Positions 51,965-60,725 of a DNA stretch of 64,000 bases are shown here, piece by piece. The DNA is from an uncultured Gammaproteobacteria bacterium (lineage in GTDB: Bacteria > Pseudomonadota > Gammaproteobacteria > GCA-002705445 > GCA-002716945). The stretch lies in NCBI GenBank assembly GCA_902521725.1, contig CABYTF010000004.1, positions 19,049-83,048 on the forward strand, written 5' to 3'. Every line of letters starts with the position of its first letter. Position 1 is the first letter of the stretch. The notes beneath the pieces were generated by a model, which saw only the letters and a program-made list of their open reading frames with translations, had not been told where the DNA came from and made no database searches. A program made the position numbers and the translations under genes.

Positions 51965-52405
51965 TTATGCATCTGCATAGTCCTTAAGCATTTTCGTAAC
52001 CTCTATAGCATGCATCTCCTCTGCTTTAATCATTCCTCTTGCGTATTCCTCTATGTAAATACTTTCATTTTTTACAATATCAAGCAAAATCTTATAGAGT
52101 CCCACTGCCTCTTTCTCATGTTCCGAACTCTCATTAAGCAGGTCAATTGTTGAGTGCTTATTCGATTCCTCAATGATTTGTATTTTTAGTGATGGATGAC
52201 CACCCAAACCAGTTACTATCTCACCTGCTTCTTGTGCATGAAGTAAGGATTCACTCGCTTGGTCTTTAAAAAATTGAGTTAAGCTCAATCGATCTCTTCC
52301 TGTTATCATCAATGCATAATGAGTGTATCTGACCACGCCAGATAATTCATATTCCATAATTTTATTTAGTATTTCCATTACTTCATTTGTTTTATTATTG
52401 TCCAT
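51965..52405 (-). CDS. Ferritin-like protein, bacterioferritin family
   Basis: 146 aa four-helix pattern. ILNKIMEYELSGVVRYTHYALM aligns with the Bfr N-terminus, and ExxH di-iron motifs (EHEKE, EEMHAIE) are present. Confidence 0.65.
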   Translation of the reverse strand: MDNNKTNEVMEILNKIMEYELSGVVRYTHYALMITGRDRLSLTQFFKDQASESLLHAQEAGEIVTGLGGHPSLKIQIIEESNKHSTIDLLNESSEHEKEAVGLYKILLDIVKNESIYIEEYARGMIKAEEMHAIEVTKMLKDYADA

Positions 52406-52462
52406 AATATCCTCCGTATTTTATCATAGTAACATAGTGAACATGTATAACACAGTGTAGAC

Positions 52463-53005
52463 TTAGCAAATGATCTTGTACTTAATATGCTTGAGTTGGC
52501 TAGTTATATTTCCACTATTGACAACATATGCTGTTCTCGCAGTTTCCCAGATCGGTATATCTTTTTTACTATCACCAATATAATCAAATATCAAATCACC
52601 AAATTTATCTTTTAGATACCTAATTTTATTCTTGCTGATCATATTCGTCTCTAGAGTCGTACCAACAGAAAAGTCAAACAATCCAAGATATTTTGAAATA
52701 GCATCAACATATTTATAGTATGATCCTGATATCAGTATTGTATGTGTATATTTTTCTTTATTGTTCGTAATGAAATCTATAACAGATTGATTAAATGTTA
52801 TATTTTCGAGTGAATATGATGTGATATCGAATAAATATTTCTTAGCGTATGTTTTACCTTTAAACAAAAATAATAAAATTAATTTTGGTAATAGGTATAT
52901 TCTATAGAGTAGAAGAAATTTGATTCCTATATATATCATATCTGTTTTAATTAGCGTGTTATCTAAATCAACAGCAAGAATATACAATTGTTTTTTTCTA
53001 TTCAC
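52463..53005 (-). CDS. HAD-superfamily hydrolase (HAD-IB-like)
   Basis: AVDLDNTLI motif I, ISGS motif II, K...GDSKKD motifs III/IV. Confidence 0.6.
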   Translation of the reverse strand: MNRKKQLYILAVDLDNTLIKTDMIYIGIKFLLLYRIYLLPKLILLFLFKGKTYAKKYLFDITSYSLENITFNQSVIDFITNNKEKYTHTILISGSYYKYVDAISKYLGLFDFSVGTTLETNMISKNKIRYLKDKFGDLIFDYIGDSKKDIPIWETARTAYVVNSGNITSQLKHIKYKIIC

Positions 53006-53013
53006 GAGATATG

Positions 53014-53289
53014 CTAATTATTTTCTTCATCTTTTTTAAAAGCACTATACTTTCCATCAGTTAGATTTTGAAGAAAGTCAATAGCATCTTTTCCAGATAG
53101 ATATTTTAGTTCATCGTAGTCATCATAAGAACTAACTATTTGTATTTTAAAACCCTCAATAGTATTTCTAATATAATTTTGATCGGTTTCAGAGAAAGAT
53201 GAGATACATTCATTTAGATGTTCTTCCAAAATGTATCCATCTTTTTTACCAGTCCTAATCAAATTTTTTATCTGATCAGACAAACTCAT
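53014..53289 (-). CDS. Stand-alone sigma-70 region 1.1-like domain protein
   Basis: QIKNLIRTGKKDGYILEEHLNECISSFSETDQNYIRNTIEGFKIQIV aligns with RpoD QLKLLVTRGKEQGYLTYAEVNDHLPEDIVDSDQIEDIIQMINDMGIQVM. Acidic tail, 91 aa, and no sigma regions 2-4. Confidence 0.6.
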   Translation of the reverse strand: MSLSDQIKNLIRTGKKDGYILEEHLNECISSFSETDQNYIRNTIEGFKIQIVSSYDDYDELKYLSGKDAIDFLQNLTDGKYSAFKKDEENN

Positions 53290-53302
53290 TTTTCAAGAAT
53301 TT

Positions 53303-53497
53303 TTAGACAGTTTTCACTTGAACGGCCCTTATACCTTTCGGTCCGTCTTCAGTTTCAAACTCAACTTTATCATTTTCTCTGATTGTTCCGTCAATCAGAT
53401 CAGATTGATGTACGAATATATCTTTATCGCCTTCATCAGGTTTGATGAATCCAAAAGCTTTGGTTGTATCAAACCACTTTACTGTTCCTGTTTTCAA
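53303..53497 (-). CDS. Cold-shock protein (CspA family)
   Basis: 64 aa with GTVKWFDTTKAFGFI RNP1 motif and FVHQSDL RNP2 motif. Long 5' leader region (53498-53624). Confidence 0.9.
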   Translation of the reverse strand: MKTGTVKWFDTTKAFGFIKPDEGDKDIFVHQSDLIDGTIRENDKVEFETEDGPKGIRAVQVKTV

Positions 53498-53624
53498 GAT
53501 AATCTCCTTAGTTAATTAATAATTAAGAAGGTCTACAAATCAAAAAATTCACGAACAACAGCTTAATTACAATGACTATTATATATGCATAAACTAAAAA
53601 GAAAAGGTATAAAAATAATTGAAT

Positions 53625-54500
53625 CTACTTGTTTTTAGTAAAATCCTTGAGTAAATCAGGCATAATATTTTTTAATTTATATACTGTATCTTTTTTTATT
53701 TTATTTTTCGCCGTAACCAGAGAATCATACGAATTCAAGTTATTTTTTAAAGTAGATTTAGAATAGTCCAGGATGAATTCTAATATAAACTTTTTAGCAG
53801 CCTCGGCATTCCCTCTCAATGTAGATATAACATTAGAAACTTCAACATTATCATGATCTGGATGCCAACAATCAAAATCAGTAACCATTCCTATATTCAC
53901 ATATCTAAGTGATGCCTCTCTGCATAACTTTGCCTCAGGCATACTAGTCATTCCAATTACATCACACCTCCAATTTTGGAATAATCTTGATTCCTCTTGT
54001 GTAGAAAATTGAGGACCTTCGATACAAATATATGAACCTCCAAAGTTATATTTAATACCAAGTTTTTCCAGACAAACTCTTGAAATTTCCATAAGTCTCT
54101 CATCTGTAGGTTTTGCCATAGATACATGAACAACAATATCATCCTCAAAAAAAGTTGATACTCTGTTTTTTGTGAAATCAACATATTGATTAATGACCAC
54201 GAAAACTCCAGGTAATAGATCCTCATTAAGTGATCCAACAGATGAAAGTGATAATACATCTGTTACACCCAATTTTTTTAACGCATCTATATTTGCTCTA
54301 TAATTAATTTTTGATGGTGGTATTGAATGACCTTCACCATGTCTTGGTAAAAAGAAAAAACTCTGTTCTTTGTATTTACATTCTGCAATTGATGCAGATG
54401 GGGCTCCCCAAGGAGTATCTAACGAATGTGATTCTAATATATCTATGTCGGGTATTTCATAAAGACCACTGCCTCCGATAATGCCAAGTCTTTTGCTCAT
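53625..54500 (-). CDS. mtnP: S-methyl-5'-thioadenosine phosphorylase
   Basis: LGIIGGSGLY N-terminus of the PNP/MTAP family, 291 aa. Confidence 0.8.
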   Translation of the reverse strand: MSKRLGIIGGSGLYEIPDIDILESHSLDTPWGAPSASIAECKYKEQSFFFLPRHGEGHSIPPSKINYRANIDALKKLGVTDVLSLSSVGSLNEDLLPGVFVVINQYVDFTKNRVSTFFEDDIVVHVSMAKPTDERLMEISRVCLEKLGIKYNFGGSYICIEGPQFSTQEESRLFQNWRCDVIGMTSMPEAKLCREASLRYVNIGMVTDFDCWHPDHDNVEVSNVISTLRGNAEAAKKFILEFILDYSKSTLKNNLNSYDSLVTAKNKIKKDTVYKLKNIMPDLLKDFTKNK

Positions 54501-55333
54501 AGTTGATTCTTAATATAATCGCTAAGCTCAATATTCGGTTTCCATCCGAGATCTAATACTTTTTTTGAGATGATTTCTGAACTCATTCTATTAGCGACAT
54601 TTTCATTAATAAGTTCAATTTGATCAGATATCATTTCTGCAACCTCTCTAATAGTATATTGTCTAGGGTTCGCTATACCGTATTGGTCTCCATGCCCTTT
54701 ATCTGCTATCAACAGCAGTGCGCTGATAGTATCCTCTATATGAGTGAAGTTGCGAGTCTGTGTTCCGGGTTTAGTTACTTTAAGTTTCTTATTTTGTTTT
54801 TTTCTATATAGAAATTTTGCAATTACTGTTGCAAATTCTCCTTGAGAATTTTCTCTTCCCCCATACACATTATAGAAATATGTGATTGCATATGGCATTT
54901 GGTTAAGTTCACAATAAAACTTTACAAGTTCAGAATTCTGCCATTTAGAGAAGGAATAAGGACTTTTAAGTTTGTTTTGACCATCATCTGCAAATTTGGT
55001 GCTACTACCTGCGTATATTAATTTTGCATTAGACTTTTTGGCAAATTTTAATACATTTAATGTTGGTGAAATATTATTTTTTAGAACAAAATCAATTTTT
55101 GTTAGGGATTGTTCTACTCTGGAGTACTCACCAAGATGAAATACAATATCAAACTTCTTATCCAATGATAATATATTTTCAGCATCTAAATTGATGTATT
55201 CAACGCCGTCAATATGATTATCCGTCTTACCTGATATGTAGTTATCAATAGAAGTTACCTTATGTTTACCTGAATATGCCTCGCACAAATGCGATCCAAT
55301 AAATCCAGCTCCTCCAATAACCAATATTTTCAT
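54497..55333 (-). CDS. NAD-dependent epimerase/dehydratase family protein (short SDR)
   Basis: MKILVIGGAGFIGSHL Rossmann motif, 278 aa. Confidence 0.7.
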   Translation of the reverse strand: MKILVIGGAGFIGSHLCEAYSGKHKVTSIDNYISGKTDNHIDGVEYINLDAENILSLDKKFDIVFHLGEYSRVEQSLTKIDFVLKNNISPTLNVLKFAKKSNAKLIYAGSSTKFADDGQNKLKSPYSFSKWQNSELVKFYCELNQMPYAITYFYNVYGGRENSQGEFATVIAKFLYRKKQNKKLKVTKPGTQTRNFTHIEDTISALLLIADKGHGDQYGIANPRQYTIREVAEMISDQIELINENVANRMSSEIISKKVLDLGWKPNIELSDYIKNQL

Positions 55334-55348
55334 GATGTGGCGATATAT

Positions 55349-55987
55349 TTAGTATTGTACAACATCTTCATCTATATCTCTCCATAAATACCATGTAGCG
55401 ACTGTGCAATATGGTTCCCATAGTTTTCTGGTTTTAGAAATTTTTTTTATGAATACGTCACGATTGATTTTATAATTTTTACAATAACTATTGATTAAGC
55501 CAATGTCGCCTAATGGCAGGATATTTTCTCGATTGAGGTGAAATATCAAAAACATCTCGGCAGACCATAAACCAATGCCATAAAGTTTTACAAGTTCTTT
55601 TATCGCATCTGTATCATCCATTAACTCTAACTTGCTAAAAAAGCTAGGTTTACTATTTATAATTTCAGCAACCCCTTTTATATATGCCACTTTCCTGAAA
55701 GAGAGTCCGCAATTTCGTAGATGCTGATCAGGGGTAGCTAGAATTTTTTTCGGATTGATCTTTCCCAATAACTTTTTAATCTTACACTCAATTGAATTAG
55801 CAACTTCGATAGATATTTGCTGACCGATTATTATTTTTGTTAGTGTTATAAAAATAGAATTCGAAGAAGTTAGATATGTGCTTGATCTGTGTTTATTAAT
55901 TATCCTTGAAAGTACAGGATCATTCGACTGAAGATGCTTAATAGCTCTTAGCCAATAATGAGGTTTTTTATTTTTCTTTTTAATCAT
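55349..55987 (-). CDS. DNA-3-methyladenine glycosylase II family protein (HhH-GPD, AlkA-like)
   Basis: HhH-GPD pattern with LYGIGLWSAEMFLIF and a catalytic Asp region. Confidence 0.65.
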   Translation of the reverse strand: MIKKKNKKPHYWLRAIKHLQSNDPVLSRIINKHRSSTYLTSSNSIFITLTKIIIGQQISIEVANSIECKIKKLLGKINPKKILATPDQHLRNCGLSFRKVAYIKGVAEIINSKPSFFSKLELMDDTDAIKELVKLYGIGLWSAEMFLIFHLNRENILPLGDIGLINSYCKNYKINRDVFIKKISKTRKLWEPYCTVATWYLWRDIDEDVVQY

Positions 55988-56026
55988 TATAGGCGTGCTA
56001 ATATAACACGCCTATTAGATCTTGTA

Positions 56027-56236
56027 TTACTGATTTTTATATGTACTTATTCCGAACGGTATATAAAGTGGGCACCATCCAGTTGTACCAGTTAATATTG
56101 GAATAATACCAATAAGAGACCACATTCCTAAGCCAAGTCCTGGTCCCATATATAGGATTGCTATACCAGCAATCACTCTGAGCATTCTTTCCATACTGCC
56201 AATGTTTGTACACATAGTTTTAGGTGTAGTTGCCAT
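56027..56236 (-). CDS. DUF2892 (YgaP-like) small membrane protein
   Basis: 69 aa with MERMLRVIAGIAIL and a WCP motif. Confidence 0.6.
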   Translation of the reverse strand: MATTPKTMCTNIGSMERMLRVIAGIAILYMGPGLGLGMWSLIGIIPILTGTTGWCPLYIPFGISTYKNQ

Positions 56237-56300
56237 GTTTATTCACTCCTGAAGTAGATTAATGTTTACATAGTATTAAAATAAATATCTAATCGCAATA

Positions 56301-56678
56301 TTATTTTTTCTTACTTTTATAGTCCTCAATAGCGGCACTGATTGCATCTTCAGCAAGAACAGAACAATGAATTTTTACAGGAGGAAGAGCTAGCTCTTCA
56401 GCAATGTCTGTATTTTTTATCATTGATGCTTCAGTAAGCGTTTTCCCTTTCACCCATTCGGTCAAAAGAGAACTTGACGCAATTGCAGATCCACAACCAT
56501 ATGTTTTGAATTTTGCATCTTCAATAACACCGTCATCGTTGACTTTGATTTGCAGTTTCATTACATCACCACACGCAGGTGCACCTACCATTCCTGTCCC
56601 AACTTGATCACCATCATCGAAAGTACCAACATTCCTTGGATTTTCGTAGTGATCGAGAACTTTATCACTGTATGCCAT
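56301..56678 (-). CDS. iscU: Fe-S cluster assembly scaffold IscU
   Basis: Aligns closely with E. coli IscU across the full length, including GAPACGDVMKLQIKV, FKTYGCGSAIASSS and PPVKIHCS. Confidence 0.95.
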   Translation of the reverse strand: MAYSDKVLDHYENPRNVGTFDDGDQVGTGMVGAPACGDVMKLQIKVNDDGVIEDAKFKTYGCGSAIASSSLLTEWVKGKTLTEASMIKNTDIAEELALPPVKIHCSVLAEDAISAAIEDYKSKKK

Positions 56679-56713
56679 GTTTTCTCCCTGTAATTAGGTT
56701 GTTACCTAAATTT

Positions 56714-57145
56714 CTAGTTTTGTTGATAGTAGTTTGTTAGCTCTTCTAAATCAATATCACTAGATTTCGACTTAGTCTCGTCAATCAAACTGCCTAATGT
56801 AACTGTATCTAGATAGTTTGTAAGTTTTTTACTAAACTGATCCCATACAACATCATCGGTCTTATCATGGTCAATATCACTGACGCCTTCAGGGTTTATG
56901 GCCTTGATAATACTTGCTATGGTTATATTATCGGGGCTATCTTTCAGCCTGTATCCTCCACCAGGACCTCTAACACCACTGACAAGATCATGTTTTCTTA
57001 GTAATGAAAACAATTGCTCTAAATATGACAAGGAAATTCCTTGATATTTGGAGATCTCAAGCAGTGTTTTTGGTGTGCTTGACTCATTTGTCGCAATATT
57101 TACCAACGCTTTTATCGCGTATCTTCCTTTTGCTGATAGTTTCAT
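56714..57145 (-). CDS. Rrf2-family regulator, IscR-like but lacking all cluster-ligating cysteines
   Basis: N-terminal wHTH (GISLSYLEQLFSLLRKHDLVSGVRGPGGGYRL) aligns with IscR. The protein contains no Cys at all. Confidence 0.8.
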   Translation of the reverse strand: MKLSAKGRYAIKALVNIATNESSTPKTLLEISKYQGISLSYLEQLFSLLRKHDLVSGVRGPGGGYRLKDSPDNITIASIIKAINPEGVSDIDHDKTDDVVWDQFSKKLTNYLDTVTLGSLIDETKSKSSDIDLEELTNYYQQN

Positions 57146-57217
57146 TTTACATCCTCCTAAAATGATTCCTTAATTCCTGACTATTATTGTAAGGTTTAAT
57201 TTCTATTTTTCAAGTTC

Positions 57218-57236
57218 TCTTAGAATGATTCTAAGA
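57218..57236. promoter_or_regulatory. Perfect 9-1-9 palindrome TCTTAGAATgATTCTAAGA in the promoter region upstream of the IscR-like gene
   Basis: Seen directly. A 1-nt spacer rules out a hairpin terminator, which suggests a dimeric DNA-binding-protein site. Confidence 0.35.
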
Positions 57237-57294
57237 ATTAGATGATATAGAGAGTATATTCAAAGTGAATTGATATTTAATTTAATGTTTTAAA

Positions 57295-57702
57295 CTATTG
57301 ATTATCATATGATTTTATCCAATAGAATAGATCGAGATTGAGTCTAATCTTTTCCTGAATGCAATTTTCAAAGGCGCGATTTTCTTTAAGTGATTTAACC
57401 TCCAATAATTTTGCGTCACTGTACATATAAAATATCAAATGCGGTTTTATTGAGAAAGTGTTCATTGATTCATTATTTTGATATTTGAATCTATGTAATA
57501 ACTTAAAAATACGAGTGTGTTTATCATGATGAATATCTCTTATGGTAATAGAGCTATGTTCAATCGAACTGATGCTATTGGTCTTTATTCGCTTAAGTAA
57601 AGATTTGAAATTGTGATAATTTGACTCATAAATTGACATGAGGTGAGTAAAATTTAACAATTTCAGTTTGTTTTTCTCTTTGTGAGAGATAGCTTTATAC
57701 AT
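57295..57702 (-). CDS. DUF1249 (YqiB-like) protein
   Basis: 135 aa, shows block similarity with E. coli YqiB. Confidence 0.4.
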   Translation of the reverse strand: MYKAISHKEKNKLKLLNFTHLMSIYESNYHNFKSLLKRIKTNSISSIEHSSITIRDIHHDKHTRIFKLLHRFKYQNNESMNTFSIKPHLIFYMYSDAKLLEVKSLKENRAFENCIQEKIRLNLDLFYWIKSYDNQ

Positions 57703-57755
57703 CTTGGTTTATATAAATAAATATTTTGTTACAATACACAACAATATATTATATA

Positions 57756-57973
57756 TGACAAAAAAAGAACAGATTGAAATGTCCGGCAAAGTTATAGAAA
57801 CCTTGCCAAATACAATGTTTAGGGTTGAGCTTGAAAATGGGCATGTAGTTACCGCACATATATCTGGAAAAATAAGAAAGCACTACATCAGAATATTGAG
57901 AGGTGATTCAGTAATGGTTGCTCTCACACCATATGATCTCACAAAAGGTAGAATAATTTTTCGAGACAAATAA
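57756..57973 (+). CDS. infA: Translation initiation factor IF-1
   Basis: [70 protein letters not shown]. The tracked ORF starts upstream at 57704; the true start is the internal ATG at 57756. Confidence 0.93.
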
Positions 57974-57978
57974 AACCG

Positions 57979-59295
57979 TTAAAGGTTATTAATCACGGCA
58001 TCTCCAAAGCCACTTGTTGAAACGAGTGTAGCTCCCGGCACAAGTTTAGTTATCTCCTCTTTAACATCAACAGGGCTACTTTTATCTTTGCTCTTCACTC
58101 TGATAAGTCTTTTACCTGCCCTTGCACGAGCTAGATCGTATGTTAACTGCTTGTTTCTAATTGCTCCTTTGACACCTTTGAGTACAAGATCTGCTGCTTC
58201 TGTCCAACCCAAGTATCTCAACATCATCTCACCTGACAAAATGATAGAACCAGGGTTTACCCTGTTTTTTCCGGCAAATGGCTCAGCAGAACCATGAGTA
58301 GCTTCAAATACAGCGACACCGTCTCCAATGTTTCCACCTGGCGCCATACCTATTCCACCTACCTGTGCTGCCAAAGCATCTGATATGTAGTCTCCATTCA
58401 GATTAAGTGTTGCTATTACATCATGTTGCTCGGGGGCTAAAATGATCTGTTGAAGGAAGTTATCGGCAATGCAATCTTTAATGATGAGTTCAGTGTTAAA
58501 CTTATTATTGTCAATTAGATATGTTCCATCATTAAGTATTTTTCCATTGTACTCACTAGTAACTACATTGTAAGCCCAGTCACGGAAAGCACCTTCTGTA
58601 TATTTCATTATATTGCCCTTGTGAACAATTGTTATGCTCGACTTATTGAGTTCCAATGAGTAGTCGATAGCCATTCTGACTAGTCTCTTTGTGCCCTCTT
58701 CTGAGACTGGCTTTATCCCAATTCCACAGTTATTCTCAAATCTAAAAGGTGAGGTCCCGAGTTCTTTGCTTATGAAGTCAATTATCTTTTTTGCACCCTC
58801 GGAGTTTGGTTCCCATTCTATGCCAGAATACAAATCTTCTGTATTTTCCCTAAACACAACCATATCCGTATTTCCTGATTCAGCCATAGGAGTGCTTGTT
58901 CCAGGAAAATATTTTATAGGTCTTACACACGCAAATAAATCTAGCTTTTGACGTATCATGACATTCAATGATTTATGACCTGATCCAATAGGTGTTGTAA
59001 GTGGTCCTTTGATAGAAATTCTGTATTCTTTCATAGCATCCAGAGTTTCGTCTGGCAGAATAGAACCATACAAATCATTAGAATTAGAACCTGCATAAAG
59101 TTCTAACCACTTGATTTCTCTATCATTTCCATATGCCTTATTTACTGCATAATCTAAGACTCGCTTCATTACAGGAGTAACATCAATACCGATGCCATCA
59201 CCTATAATATATGGAATAATTGGATTATCTGGCACAATGAGTTTCGTGCCATCATGACCTATTTTGACTCCATCAGCTGGGATGTTAAGCTTCAA
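57979..59295 (-). CDS. icd: Isocitrate dehydrogenase (NADP), homodimeric type
   Basis: NPIIPYIIGDGIG, NLNGDYISDALAAQVGG and other conserved IDH motifs, 438 aa. Confidence 0.93.
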   Translation of the reverse strand: MKLNIPADGVKIGHDGTKLIVPDNPIIPYIIGDGIGIDVTPVMKRVLDYAVNKAYGNDREIKWLELYAGSNSNDLYGSILPDETLDAMKEYRISIKGPLTTPIGSGHKSLNVMIRQKLDLFACVRPIKYFPGTSTPMAESGNTDMVVFRENTEDLYSGIEWEPNSEGAKKIIDFISKELGTSPFRFENNCGIGIKPVSEEGTKRLVRMAIDYSLELNKSSITIVHKGNIMKYTEGAFRDWAYNVVTSEYNGKILNDGTYLIDNNKFNTELIIKDCIADNFLQQIILAPEQHDVIATLNLNGDYISDALAAQVGGIGMAPGGNIGDGVAVFEATHGSAEPFAGKNRVNPGSIILSGEMMLRYLGWTEAADLVLKGVKGAIRNKQLTYDLARARAGKRLIRVKSKDKSSPVDVKEEITKLVPGATLVSTSGFGDAVINNL

Positions 59296-59314
59296 TCGAT
59301 AGTCTCCTTACTAC

Positions 59315-60595
59315 TTATTTGTCAAATTGCTCTTCTTCAGTGCTTCCTGTAAGAGCCGTTACAGAAGATGAACCACCTGTGATAACTTGAGTAACAGAAT
59401 CAAAATACCCTGTTCCAACTTCTCGTTGATGCTTAGTAGCTGTGTAGCCGTCTTTCTCAGCAGCGAATTCAGCTTCTTGAAGTTTGACGTACGCAGTCAT
59501 TTGCTCAGCATTATAACCTTTTGATAGTTCGAACATGCTGTAGTTCAATGCATGGAATCCAGCTAATGTGATGAACTGAAACTTATACCCCATGGAACCA
59601 AGCTCCTTTTGGAATTTTGCAATCTGTGCATCGTCAAGATTTTTTTTCCAGTTGAATGATGGTGAGCAATTATATGCCAAGAGTTGTTCAGGATGCTCTT
59701 TTTTAAGGGCTTCTGCAAATTTTTTGGCGAAATTTAAATCCGGAACTCCTGTCTCACACCAGACCAAATCGGCATATGGCGCGTATGCTAAACCTCTGGA
59801 AATAGCCTGATCAATTCCGTTTTCAACACGATAGAAACCTTCCGATGTTCTCTCTCCTGTAGTGAATTCCCTATCTCTCTCATCGATATCGCTAGTTAAT
59901 AAATTCGCTGCCTCTGCATCAGTTCTTGCGAGCAGGACGGTTGGCGTGTTGTAAATATCTGCAGCTAATCTTGCCGCTGCAAGCTTTTGCACAGCCTCTT
60001 GCGTAGGAACAAGAACCTTGCCGCCCATGTGACCGCATTTTTTTGCTGATGCAAGTTGATCCTCAAAGTGAACGCCTGCTGCACCTGCCTCAATCATCGC
60101 TTTCATAAGTTCGTGAGCATTCAGTACACCTCCGAAACCTGCCTCTGCATCTGCGACTATTGGTAGCATGTAGTCTACAGGTTGGTTGCCCTCAGCTATA
60201 TTTAATTGATCAGCTCTTCTCAATGAGTTATTTATACGCTTAACTACAGCAGGAACACTATCTACTGGGTATAAAGATTGATCTGGATACATCTGCATTC
60301 CAGTATTTGCATCGCCTGCAACCTGCCAACCAGACAAGTAAACAGCTCTAAGACCAGCTTTTGCTTGCTGCATGGCTTGATTACCAGTCAATGCTCCCAG
60401 AGCGTTTACAAAATCACTATTATTAATCTCGCTCCAAAGTTTTTCCGCACCCTGTTTAGCTAAACTGTATTCAATATTGACGCTACCACTTAGTTTAGCT
60501 ACTTCGTCAGCAGAATAGTCTCGTTTAACGTTTTTCCATCTCGGGTTACTATCCCAATCTTTTTGAATATCTTGTGCGGATCTTATCTTGTTCAT
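59315..60595 (-). CDS. aceA: Isocitrate lyase
   Basis: [16 protein letters not shown] signature. The tracked ORF starts at 60673; the likely true start is MNKIRSAQD at 60595, preceded by an AAAGAGG RBS. Confidence 0.93.
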   Translation of the reverse strand: MNKIRSAQDIQKDWDSNPRWKNVKRDYSADEVAKLSGSVNIEYSLAKQGAEKLWSEINNSDFVNALGALTGNQAMQQAKAGLRAVYLSGWQVAGDANTGMQMYPDQSLYPVDSVPAVVKRINNSLRRADQLNIAEGNQPVDYMLPIVADAEAGFGGVLNAHELMKAMIEAGAAGVHFEDQLASAKKCGHMGGKVLVPTQEAVQKLAAARLAADIYNTPTVLLARTDAEAANLLTSDIDERDREFTTGERTSEGFYRVENGIDQAISRGLAYAPYADLVWCETGVPDLNFAKKFAEALKKEHPEQLLAYNCSPSFNWKKNLDDAQIAKFQKELGSMGYKFQFITLAGFHALNYSMFELSKGYNAEQMTAYVKLQEAEFAAEKDGYTATKHQREVGTGYFDSVTQVITGGSSSVTALTGSTEEEQFDK

Positions 60596-60725
60596 TGCTA
60601 CCTCTTTGGACTTTAAAAATAATTGGCTTGATGATACTACTTGTGAGATTAATTGACAAATCAAATAGCCCAATTATTATCATGATTTAGCAATTTAAAT
60701 AAAATATAGTTGATATGGATAAATA

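Noticed and set aside
51935..52153. 72-aa plus-strand ORF in the track overlapping the ferritin-like gene
   Set aside because: Antisense to a well-supported ferritin-like CDS. The biologically plausible small genes here are the two minus-strand micro-ORFs instead.
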